From an uncultured Candidatus Saccharibacteria bacterium (GTDB taxonomy: Bacteria; Patescibacteriota; Minisyncoccia; Phycocordibacterales; UBA9973): DNA of 64,000 nucleotides. The stretch is taken from NCBI GenBank assembly GCA_964591445.1, contig CAZQAW010000001.1:83010-147009 (forward strand). The letters are read 5' to 3'. The notes below the pieces were generated by a model. It saw nothing but the letters and a program-made list of their open reading frames with translations. It did not search any database and was not told the origin of the DNA. Positions 48,188-56,864 of the stretch are shown here, piece after piece. Each line of letters opens with the position of its first letter. Position 1 is the first letter of the stretch. The translations under genes and the position numbers were made by a program.

Positions 48188-49483
48188 ATGAAAAAGCAAA
48201 AGTTAGTATGGTCAATTACTTCTCGTAAAGTAAGTGATCTAACAAAAAACGGATACAATCCGAGAAAACTAGGTGAGGGCGAAAAAAGAGATTTAGAAAA
48301 GTCTATCAAGGAATTTGGAACAGTAGTTCCTGTTATCCTTAATATTGGTTCCAGAGCCAATATACTTATTGGCGGTGAACAGCGTGTAAAAGTCTACGCC
48401 GATCTCGGTATAGAAGATGTTGAGTGTATGATACCTTCTCGAGAGTTAACACTTGAAGAAGAAAAAGAACTCAATCTTAGACTTAATAAAAACACGGGAT
48501 CATGGGATGAAGAGCTTCTAAAAGAGTTCGAAATGGATATGCTTCTTAATGTTGGTTTTGGAGATGAAGAATTACAAAATCTTTTTGATGACGTGGATCT
48601 TGTAGAAGATGATTTTGATATTGAAAAAGCTATTAAAGAAACCATTACTCCAAAAGTAAAAATTGGCGAGATATGGGAGCTTGGAAAACACAGGTTACTT
48701 GTGGGCGACTCTACTGACATAACCTCTGTACAAAAGTTAATGGATGGTGACCTTGCAGACATAATCTACTGTGATCCCCCATATAACATTGGCTTGGACT
48801 ATTCAAAGGGTGTTGGTAATAAAGAAAAATATCAAGGTTCATATTCTGCTAAAGATGATTCAAAAAAAGATTCTGACTACATGGATTTTTTAGATAAGAG
48901 TATGGAAGTAACTAAAATCATAGCCAAGAAAGATACTCATTTCTTTTATTGGTCTGATTCTTCGTATCTCTGGATGACTCAGGAATTATACAAAAAACAC
49001 GACATTCAAAATAAGAGGGTTTGCCTCTGGTTAAAAAACAATCAAAATTGTACTCCTAAAATTGCCTTCAATAAAGTTTATGAACCGTGTGTCTATGGAA
49101 TCATTGGTAAGCCTTACATAAATCCCAATATGAATAATGCCAACGAAATTCTTAATCAAGAAATAACAACTGGCAATCAAGCTCACGACGAGATACTTGA
49201 AATGATAGATATTTGGATTGAAAAAAGAGATAGTGCTCAATCATATCAACATCCAACACAGAAACCAGTTACCTTAAACGAAAAACCAATTAAACGTTGT
49301 AGTGCCCCATTGCACATTGTATTCAGTGGCTTCGGCGGAAGTGGTAGTGATTTAATTGCTTGTGAAGAACTCGGTAGATGTTGGAGAGGGGTTGAAAAAG
49401 ATCTTATTTTCGCAACCATCATAATCGAAAGATGGGAAAAATTTACCAACCTTAAGGCAAAGAAAATCTATGAAAATAAATAA
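48188..49483 (+). CDS. ParB-like N-terminal domain plus beta-class N6A/N4C DNA methyltransferase
   Basis: YNPRK...SIKEFG..P...GGEQR, HRLLVGDST, DPPY, HPTQKP and FGGSGS motifs; ATG at 48188. Confidence 0.9.
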   Translation: MKKQKLVWSITSRKVSDLTKNGYNPRKLGEGEKRDLEKSIKEFGTVVPVILNIGSRANILIGGEQRVKVYADLGIEDVECMIPSRELTLEEEKELNLRLNKNTGSWDEELLKEFEMDMLLNVGFGDEELQNLFDDVDLVEDDFDIEKAIKETITPKVKIGEIWELGKHRLLVGDSTDITSVQKLMDGDLADIIYCDPPYNIGLDYSKGVGNKEKYQGSYSAKDDSKKDSDYMDFLDKSMEVTKIIAKKDTHFFYWSDSSYLWMTQELYKKHDIQNKRVCLWLKNNQNCTPKIAFNKVYEPCVYGIIGKPYINPNMNNANEILNQEITTGNQAHDEILEMIDIWIEKRDSAQSYQHPTQKPVTLNEKPIKRCSAPLHIVFSGFGGSGSDLIACEELGRCWRGVEKDLIFATIIIERWEKFTNLKAKKIYENK

Positions 49484-50219
49484 AGGAGAAATCTATAAGG
49501 TTGGAAATCATGTGATCGGTTGTGGCGATTCTACAGATCAAGTGTTTGTGTCTAAAGTAATTGGAAAAAATAAAATACGGGCTATCATTGCCGATCCACC
49601 ATACGGCGTTGCGTATGTAGAAAATAAAAAAGGTTTTGCAAAGCTTGGAGTTAAAGATGAGAAAATAATTGCAGGCGATCATATTCAAAGTGAAGATGAC
49701 TATGAAGAATTCACTAGAAAATATCTGGGGGCAGTTGTTCCATATTTAGAAGAATATAATGCATGCTACATATTTAATGCTGATCCAATGTTTCCATCAC
49801 TTCGTATTGGCATGAAAAATGCAGGTTTTTATTATAGTCAGATGCTCATTTGGATTAAGAACCAACCTGTGATGAGTCGGAAAGATTACCTGTCGCAATA
49901 TGAACTCATAGCATATGGATGGTTTGGTAAACATAAAACAGAAAGATCTAAAGCTAAAAATGTCATCTATTATCCAAGACCAAACAAATCTAAACTTCAC
50001 CCAACTCAAAAACCAATTGGTTTGCTTCGTAAAATTATTCCTGACAATACATCCATAGGAGATATTATTTATGATCCATTTTTAGGAAGTGGTTCTACTG
50101 CTATAAGTGCTGAACATTTAGGTCGAAAATGTATTGGTATAGAAATAGATGAGAAGTATGTGTCTATTGTACTTCAAAGGCTAGAAAAATTGACTGGAGA
50201 AAAACCAGTTAAGATATAA
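49470..50219 (+). CDS. Beta-class N6A/N4C DNA methyltransferase
   Basis: CGDST, DPPY, HPTQKP and DPFLGSGST motifs. Confidence 0.92.
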   Translation: MKINKGEIYKVGNHVIGCGDSTDQVFVSKVIGKNKIRAIIADPPYGVAYVENKKGFAKLGVKDEKIIAGDHIQSEDDYEEFTRKYLGAVVPYLEEYNACYIFNADPMFPSLRIGMKNAGFYYSQMLIWIKNQPVMSRKDYLSQYELIAYGWFGKHKTERSKAKNVIYYPRPNKSKLHPTQKPIGLLRKIIPDNTSIGDIIYDPFLGSGSTAISAEHLGRKCIGIEIDEKYVSIVLQRLEKLTGEKPVKI

Positions 50220-50223
50220 ATGT

Positions 50224-50598
50224 ATGAGCGAAGAAGACTTTATTAAGGATCCATACAAAAAACAAACATACGAGACGTATGCTCTTTGGAAGTCTCTTCC
50301 CTCATTTCTTAAGGGTCAACCGAGAGTAGCTCTTGAGAAATTTGGAATCAGTGAAGAAGTAATATTTGAACTTCTATCAATCAAGACTCAAGCTGAATTT
50401 TCAAAGGAATACAATATTGATGTTGGAACACTCACTGATTGGAATAAAAGATTAGAAAAGGATGGTTTAGTCAAAAATATCAATAGTTGGGCTAGAAAGT
50501 TAACTCCAAACGTTATCTTTGCTCTATACAAAAATATTACTAAACATGGCAGAGCTCACGAAGTAAGAGCTTGGTATGAATTAATTGAAAATAATTAA
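50224..50598 (+). CDS. HTH protein, possibly terminase-small-subunit-like
   Basis: TQAEFSKEYNIDVGTLTDW HTH-like segment; follows phage-type methylases. Confidence 0.55.
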   Translation: MSEEDFIKDPYKKQTYETYALWKSLPSFLKGQPRVALEKFGISEEVIFELLSIKTQAEFSKEYNIDVGTLTDWNKRLEKDGLVKNINSWARKLTPNVIFALYKNITKHGRAHEVRAWYELIENN

Positions 50599-50599
50599 T

Positions 50600-50794
50600 A
50601 TGGAAAACATTAATTTAGCTGAAATAAATACAATTCTCTCTGATACTCTTCGTAAGGTAGTAGGTAAAGAGATATCACTAAAGCAAGCGAGTATGATAGC
50701 GAAACTTGCCTATACACTTTCAAAGAATATTGTGAATGTGGAATTAAAAGACAGGGTCGAATTCCTTGAACAAGCACTTAAAGTAAGACGATAA
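50600..50794 (+). CDS. Small hypothetical protein
   Basis: ATG at 50600, tightly packed between neighbours; C-terminal ELKDRVEFLE coiled coil. Confidence 0.6.
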   Translation: MENINLAEINTILSDTLRKVVGKEISLKQASMIAKLAYTLSKNIVNVELKDRVEFLEQALKVRR

Positions 50795-50797
50795 TAT

Positions 50798-52315
50798 ATG
50801 AAAAATCTAGCAAACATTTTAAGAAAATCTAACCTTTCTCCCAAAGAAAGAATTATTACTATCATTCAAAACGAAGTATATAAAGAAAAGAACGGTAAAG
50901 GAACTCTCACTGATTCAGAAATTTATGCTTTATCACAAGGATGGAGACCCAGAGATTCTCATGAGGCTAAAGAATACAATAGATATTTAGATGCTTCTAA
51001 GTTAGAAAGATCCATGAGATTAGATGCCCGAATGTTTGCGTACCGATCAGAGAATTTCTTATTACGAAGTAATATGTTGATTAATTACACAGCATACCTA
51101 GATGATACCTTAGAGGATTTTAAGAAAAATGACACTGTAAATAAATACATATCACAAGAAGAAATAATAAATTTCATTATAGAAAATACTTATCTCAAAT
51201 ATGAGAAATTAATTCATATAGTTACTTTCAATAATCTTCCCAAAAATATTAAAGATGACCTACTTCTTCTAGATGAATATGCATCTTATGATGGAAAGTA
51301 TTTAGAAGATGAGGTTTTTCTTTATGAGATATTTAAGAAATCAAAAAAATTAAGCGTGCAGGATAAAAATATTCTTATTGATTATATATTTTCTCGTATG
51401 TATAATGACGGTTTTAGAAAAATCAAAAATGGCTCTGAAAAAGATGGCTTTATGATGCTACAATCTTTTGCTGAACTTCCAATGCGGAATGTTTTTGAAA
51501 AATGGACAGAATATGCTCATATTAATCTTGATGAACAAAATATCAGTACTGAAAATTATTTACTTAATAAGTTTGAAGAATATGCAAAAAATAAAAATCA
51601 AACAATGGAGATGGTTATAAAAGAAACCTTATCTAAATGGATAGATGATGGGTTGTTTGTGTCTGAATATATGCCAATATTTTTTAGTAACAAAAAAGAT
51701 ACATGGAATGGAGATACAAGACTTACACACAAAGAAATTTTTATAAAATGGTATACAGAGTTACAAAAGACAAAAATATTTATTGATAAACTTGTTTCAA
51801 AAAATGATATAGAGGTTAAATTTATAGATAGAGAAATTTTTAGTGACACAAAAAAGATTAAAATAGTAACAGGAGAAAGTTTGTATAAATCTAAAATAGA
51901 TATTGATTTTGTGAAAGAATATAGAAATCAGATAACAGTGCTATCACCTGTAGTAGGATTATTTTTGTTTATTAAAAAGAATAATAATCCATTGAGTAGT
52001 TACAAAACACTTAAATCTTTTTGTGAAATGGCACAATTTTTTTCTGATATATTTGATGTTGATATGACAGATAAATACACAGAATCTTTGCATTCTTTTG
52101 AACAAGAATTATCTATGGTCAATCAAACTTTTAGTAAGTTACTTGATAAAGTAAGTGGACTTTTGTATACAAATGACAACATTAAATATGTCTTAGAAAT
52201 AGAAGAAGATAATTTGTCTTTTGATTTAAATAAAGAATCTCTTGAACCAACAGATGAAATGATCGCTGATTACAAGGGTGAGCTTAAAAAGATGGGTTTT
52301 ATAGTTGATATATAA
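50798..52315 (+). CDS. Hypothetical protein (505 aa)
   Basis: Long AT-rich ORF in the operon; no motif recognised. Confidence 0.75.
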   Translation: MKNLANILRKSNLSPKERIITIIQNEVYKEKNGKGTLTDSEIYALSQGWRPRDSHEAKEYNRYLDASKLERSMRLDARMFAYRSENFLLRSNMLINYTAYLDDTLEDFKKNDTVNKYISQEEIINFIIENTYLKYEKLIHIVTFNNLPKNIKDDLLLLDEYASYDGKYLEDEVFLYEIFKKSKKLSVQDKNILIDYIFSRMYNDGFRKIKNGSEKDGFMMLQSFAELPMRNVFEKWTEYAHINLDEQNISTENYLLNKFEEYAKNKNQTMEMVIKETLSKWIDDGLFVSEYMPIFFSNKKDTWNGDTRLTHKEIFIKWYTELQKTKIFIDKLVSKNDIEVKFIDREIFSDTKKIKIVTGESLYKSKIDIDFVKEYRNQITVLSPVVGLFLFIKKNNNPLSSYKTLKSFCEMAQFFSDIFDVDMTDKYTESLHSFEQELSMVNQTFSKLLDKVSGLLYTNDNIKYVLEIEEDNLSFDLNKESLEPTDEMIADYKGELKKMGFIVDI

Positions 52316-52328
52316 TACAGGGTAGCAG

Positions 52329-52356
52329 TTGACAAAAAGGTTGAATATGATATAAT
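52329..52356 (+). promoter_or_regulatory. Consensus sigma70 promoter of the DGR target gene
   Basis: TTGACA-16-TATAAT with TG extension. Confidence 0.75.
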
Positions 52357-52445
52357 TAGACTTAGTAAACGATACCCGACCTCTATCAAACAATCGAGGA
52401 CTTGGGTGTCGGGACCCAGTTCTTTAAATTTAAAAGGATAAGACA

Positions 52446-53363
52446 ATGACAACAGAAAAGTTGATCACGTCTGAACAAACAGACAAAGTCGCAGATCTTG
52501 GCAGAGAAGCTGTAAAGACTGCAGTTGGTAAAGTAAATCCAACAAGAGTAAACGTTCAAACTGGCATCATCAGCAACGGGCGTGAGTTTAAAAACAGAGT
52601 GGAAGAAGCTGTAAAAGCAATCATTCTGGAAATGACAACTCCCAACCAGTATGCTAACGAGGTGGTTAGCTCAAACTACACCTACCCCAGTGAGTATAAG
52701 ATGAAGCCGATTTCAGAACAGGTACAATCCATTGCTGAAAAGTTTGGACTTGATCCAACATCGGCATTGGAGTTTATCAAAACATTGCCTGCATTACCTG
52801 ACGGTGCCGAAGGATGGTTCGCCATTCCAAAAGTATCATCAGTTGCAAAAAAACATTTTTCTGCGATTACCGATTCTGCCGAACAGTATTGCGAAGCTAC
52901 AAAGTTGGTTCACAGCAAACTTGCTGAAAGCCGTAGCTTCTACAATTACCGTGAAGGTCAGATTACCACCGCACAGATTCGCCAACATCCCCGTACCATC
53001 AGTTTCCTCGAACAATTGGAATCTGAACAACAGGGTGACATTCTGATTCTCGCCGTTCAATACGGAATGAGACATCGTGGCAAATCAGTTCGTCGTGCAA
53101 GAGAAACGTTCTCAGGTAATGAATTCGGACTTGGAGCATTCGCTCTTGGCTGTATGGCATTGGTTCACCCCGATCGTTATGTTCGTTGGGAAGAACTTGA
53201 TACCGATTGTGCAGGTGACGAATTTGCTCCTGATGCTGCTGGCGTGTTCTCGAAGGCTCCGATCTTCTACTTCAGCGATGACGGGCTTGAGTTCGTCGCG
53301 AACGTTGTGTCCTTTGCCTACGTTTACTATGGTTCTGCCTCGGCGTTCGTTCCGCAGAATTGA
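52446..53363 (+). CDS. DGR target protein with C-terminal variable region
   Basis: 3' end matches TR except at TR adenines; AAAGGA ribosome-binding site upstream. Confidence 0.92.
   Translation: MTTEKLITSEQTDKVADLGREAVKTAVGKVNPTRVNVQTGIISNGREFKNRVEEAVKAIILEMTTPNQYANEVVSSNYTYPSEYKMKPISEQVQSIAEKFGLDPTSALEFIKTLPALPDGAEGWFAIPKVSSVAKKHFSAITDSAEQYCEATKLVHSKLAESRSFYNYREGQITTAQIRQHPRTISFLEQLESEQQGDILILAVQYGMRHRGKSVRRARETFSGNEFGLGAFALGCMALVHPDRYVRWEELDTDCAGDEFAPDAAGVFSKAPIFYFSDDGLEFVANVVSFAYVYYGSASAFVPQN
53227..53357 (+). repeat. DGR variable repeat (VR)
   Basis: 131-bp ungapped match to 53732-53862 with 15 mismatches, all A in TR. Confidence 0.96.
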
Positions 53364-53426
53364 TCCTTGTACTTTGAATTCTTGAATCTTTTGTTTCCTT
53401 GATTCTTGATCTCAAAAATTTTTTTG

Positions 53427-53456
53427 AATAGGGTTATCCACATGGATGACCCTATT
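53427..53456. other. Hairpin/cruciform downstream of VR (candidate target-recognition element)
   Basis: AATAGGGTTATCCA-CA-TGGATGACCCTATT, 14-bp stem with one mismatch. Confidence 0.65.
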
Positions 53457-53731
53457 TTTGCGTTTAATTCAAAAACTGATATAGTAACTATGAGTCTAGG
53501 TTAGTGTATAGTCGTTTACGGATGACTATCACCGAACTCTTTCTCTTATGAGAAATCTCCAACCAGAATCATGAAGATCAAGGTTTTCATGAGAGTGTTG
53601 TTGTGATAAGGGATACTGCTTACTACTTTTTAAGGCAAGCATGTAAATGTGTTGCCAGATAAAATACAGAATTGTGATTCATGTGCAATATCATGTTTCG
53701 TGATTTGTGACTTGGATAGAAAGTAGTAAAA

Positions 53732-53862
53732 CTCCTGATGCTGATGGCGTGTTCTCGAAGGCTCCGATCTTCAACTTCAACGATGACAAGCTTAAGTTCG
53801 ACACGAACGATGTGTCCAATGCCAACGATAACTATGGTTCTGCCTCGGCGTTCGTTCCGAAG
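53732..53862 (+). ncRNA. DGR template repeat (TR)
   Basis: Rich in AAC/AAT/AAG/GAT codons; 30 adenines, none at third codon position in the target frame. Confidence 0.95.
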
Positions 53863-53875
53863 TATCCAATATACA

Positions 53876-53905
53876 CAAAAGGTATCCTGTTAGGGATACC
53901 TTTTG
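53876..53905. terminator. 12-bp hairpin between TR and the avd stop (terminator or TR-RNA 3' structure)
   Basis: CAAAAGGTATCC-TGTTAG-GGATACCTTTTG. Confidence 0.65.
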
Positions 53906-53908
53906 CTT

Positions 53909-54256
53909 TTATCGTTCAACTGAACGAATCCATCCACCAAGCATTCTACCGATCTCGTCGGTAATATTTTGAAGCAGAGTGTACTTCTTTACATCAAGCG
54001 TTTTACTTTCTTTCATTAATCGAACAAAGAAACGAAAAATGTTTAATTTTACACTAGCTTTTTCAAGTAAAAGTAATTTGCGTTCTTTTGAAGAATAACT
54101 AGCTTCTAGGACATATTCGAGAATATCAATCATTACATTTTCAGATCGTTCATAGATTAAAAATCTTTCATGTTTTGGGACTAATGTTCTGTATTCATGA
54201 AATGTTTTATATAACTCGTGAATTTTTCTTAGAATTGGCACATCATTTTCATTCAT
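53909..54256 (-). CDS. avd: DGR accessory variability determinant (Avd-like four-helix bundle)
   Basis: 115 aa, basic; PKHERF and C-terminal EIGRMLGGW motifs; between TR and RT. Confidence 0.88.
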   Translation of the reverse strand: MNENDVPILRKIHELYKTFHEYRTLVPKHERFLIYERSENVMIDILEYVLEASYSSKERKLLLLEKASVKLNIFRFFVRLMKESKTLDVKKYTLLQNITDEIGRMLGGWIRSVER

Positions 54257-55312
54257 ATGCGTGTATTTATCAATTTATTTAATTCATTAATTCAGCCAGA
54301 ACACCTATTTTATTCATGGGAGGAATTTAAACGTGACAAAGGTTTAAAGGAAGATATCCTCTTATTTGAGAAAAATCTTGAAAGTGAGATATTTAAACTT
54401 CACCGAGAACTAAAAGGAGGAGTGTATAAACATAGTGGATATGAAAGTTTCTTTATTTCAGATCCAAAACGAAGACATATCCATAAAGCAACAGTAAGAG
54501 ACCGTGTAGTACATCATGCAATTATGCATACGTTGTATCCTCTCTACGACAAAACATTTATTAATAATTCATTTTCTTGTCGTGTTGGTAAAGGAACTCA
54601 TAAAGGTGTTCTTGCCCTTAGATCTATGATTGCCAAGGCGAGTAAAAATAATACTCAAACTGTTTACATTCTCAAGTGTGATGTTGAGAAATTTTTTGAT
54701 TCAGTTCATCATATTATTTTAATTGATATACTTAGAAAAAGAATTAGGGACAAAAAACTCATGGATTTACTGATAGAAGTAATTGAGAGTTTTATAAGTG
54801 ATCGTTCTACTTTATTTGATCATGTAGGTTTACCAATTGGAAATCTTACATCTCAACTTTTTGCAAACATATACATGGATAAATTTGACCAATATATGAA
54901 GCATGAATTGAAAGTAAAATACTATGCTCGTTACACAGATGACTTTGTTATTGTGAGTGAAAATAAAGAATACTTGTCTAACCTTAAATTAGATATTTCT
55001 AAATTCCTTAGTGAGTCACTAAGACTTACTATTCACCCAAAGAAAATTACCATTCGTAAGTATACTCATGGTATTGATTTTCTAGGACATGTTTCTTTTC
55101 CACATCATGTATTGATAAGAAAAAGAACCTTAGAAAGAGCTACGAGAAGAATTAATGAGAAGATTGTTTTGTATAAAGCAGGATCTCTTGAGAAAGAGAA
55201 ACTTGAAGCCACTTTATATTCATATCTTGGAGTTCTTTCTCACGCCAATGCTTATAGATTTTCTGAGAAACTGAAGAATGACTATTTTCTTTCGGTTAAT
55301 AATCCTGATTAA
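54257..55312 (+). CDS. DGR reverse transcriptase
   Basis: DPKRRHI, RDRVVHHA, GKGTH, KCDVEKFFDSV, GLPIGNLTSQLFANIY, RYTDDF and GIDFLG motifs; 351 aa, no maturase or endonuclease domain. Confidence 0.95.
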   Translation: MRVFINLFNSLIQPEHLFYSWEEFKRDKGLKEDILLFEKNLESEIFKLHRELKGGVYKHSGYESFFISDPKRRHIHKATVRDRVVHHAIMHTLYPLYDKTFINNSFSCRVGKGTHKGVLALRSMIAKASKNNTQTVYILKCDVEKFFDSVHHIILIDILRKRIRDKKLMDLLIEVIESFISDRSTLFDHVGLPIGNLTSQLFANIYMDKFDQYMKHELKVKYYARYTDDFVIVSENKEYLSNLKLDISKFLSESLRLTIHPKKITIRKYTHGIDFLGHVSFPHHVLIRKRTLERATRRINEKIVLYKAGSLEKEKLEATLYSYLGVLSHANAYRFSEKLKNDYFLSVNNPD

Positions 55313-55364
55313 AAAAATTCGACTAGGTTTTATAATCAGCTAATTTGATTAAGACTTTACTGAA

Positions 55365-56456
55365 TTACTGGCATTGAGGGCTTAATGTACGACTAGGAAA
55401 TGAAGAAAGTAACGACTCTAAAGAAGTAAAGGATTTTATATATTTTTCATTTAATGACTTCCAGCCATCACATGTTTCTGGATAATAATATTTAGAAGTT
55501 GAATATGACGATGTGTAATACTTTCCAGTTGAATTGGTGGTACTTGTAGAAGTAGAAGAGGATGTTGGAGTCGCAGTAACAGCAGAAGTTGTAGTATTAC
55601 CATTACATGTATTAATAGACCATAATCCTAAAAGATTTGCTTGAGCATATTTTTGTGCTGTTTTAAATTCAGATTGATATTTATATGGCGAGTTATAAGT
55701 ATACTCATGTGCATATCCCTGTTCAATCATGTATTTATTATAAAATAGACCATCTTCTCTATATACATATGCTAAAGTACGTCCGTATTTATCGAGAGTG
55801 TCTTGAGTTGAATCAGTCTCAATTCTAACTTTTTTCCCTGATAATAATTCTTTTGCTTTATTGGATGCCTCTTTACCAAAGCATTGAACTGGCTTCCTTG
55901 GATCAAGTGTTTCTGGGGTGTCTAATCCAATAAGACGAAGTGTTATGATTGCTCCGTCTTTATTTATTTTAATAGTATCCCCATCAACAACGCTTGAAAC
56001 TGCATAATATTTATATTGAGAATTAGGTGAAGTTGTAGGTGTTTGTGCAGAAGTCACCGATTTAACTTCTTGTACATTTTTTACTTCTTGTTTAACGGGT
56101 ATTATTTCATTATTTATCTGTTGAGCTGAATTTTCTGTTTTTACTTGAGTATTTATATTTTCTAAAACATTATTATTTTGTGGAGCAGGTATTATTTCTG
56201 TTTTCTTTGGAAGAAAAATAGAAGAAACAACTAATAAGACAATTACAGCAACAATTTTTATTGTTCTTGAAAGGGAAAAATTAAATTTCCTTTGAATAAA
56301 TTTAGAAATGGCAGGAATTGTAATTAGTGAAGCAAGAATCATAAATATTCCACCCAGAATACTTTTTTCTAAAGTACTAAGACCAGCTATTAACAACAAT
56401 ATACCTATAGTCCAAGATAGAAAGTTGATTAGATTTAATTTAATATTTTTATTCAT
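55365..56456 (-). CDS. Membrane-anchored thermonuclease (SNase-like)
   Basis: Three N-terminal TM helices; VVDGDTI, RLIGLDTPE and DKYGRTLAYV motifs. Confidence 0.9.
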   Translation of the reverse strand: MNKNIKLNLINFLSWTIGILLLIAGLSTLEKSILGGIFMILASLITIPAISKFIQRKFNFSLSRTIKIVAVIVLLVVSSIFLPKKTEIIPAPQNNNVLENINTQVKTENSAQQINNEIIPVKQEVKNVQEVKSVTSAQTPTTSPNSQYKYYAVSSVVDGDTIKINKDGAIITLRLIGLDTPETLDPRKPVQCFGKEASNKAKELLSGKKVRIETDSTQDTLDKYGRTLAYVYREDGLFYNKYMIEQGYAHEYTYNSPYKYQSEFKTAQKYAQANLLGLWSINTCNGNTTTSAVTATPTSSSTSTSTTNSTGKYYTSSYSTSKYYYPETCDGWKSLNEKYIKSFTSLESLLSSFPSRTLSPQCQ

Positions 56457-56471
56457 AATTTATTAAATTAC

Positions 56472-56840
56472 TTAAGAAATAATATTGATTAAAATAATTA
56501 GTCCTATAAAAATGGCTATAGCAATAAGAATCATTTTTCTCTGTTTGATATTTTTTACTTCTGCCTTTTTGTCCTCTGAAACAGCTTTTTCTATTTCTTC
56601 TTTAGACATAACCTCGCTTATTATCTTTTGTGCTCTTGGGGAGTCCATAGGTATTAGACTTGGACTTTTACATTTAGGACATATTTTATGTCTTGATGAA
56701 GACCTCCAGATTGAGTAGATTAGCCCTGGGATAATAAAACAAAGCCAAAGGATTACTTCTATACAACCATTCCCTCCAATCGCACCCTTTGGTTCACCGA
56801 CATAATTACATTGAGTACAAACTAATATTTTTGATGACAT
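56472..56840 (-). CDS. Small membrane protein with split Zn ribbon
   Basis: CTQC-TM-CPKC, plus C-terminal TM. Confidence 0.75.
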   Translation of the reverse strand: MSSKILVCTQCNYVGEPKGAIGGNGCIEVILWLCFIIPGLIYSIWRSSSRHKICPKCKSPSLIPMDSPRAQKIISEVMSKEEIEKAVSEDKKAEVKNIKQRKMILIAIAIFIGLIILINIIS

Positions 56841-56864
56841 ATTTAAAAAATTAATTAATAATAT

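Noticed and set aside
53707-53964. 85-aa ORF resembling the target C-terminus
   Set aside because: It is the TR read in frame. TRs are commonly open, and this one has a GTG start with no clear RBS and overlaps avd.
54257-55312. RT as group II intron, retron or CRISPR-associated RT
   Set aside because: No maturase, endonuclease or Cas1 domain; GLPIGNLTSQ motif plus adjacent avd and TR/VR indicate a DGR.
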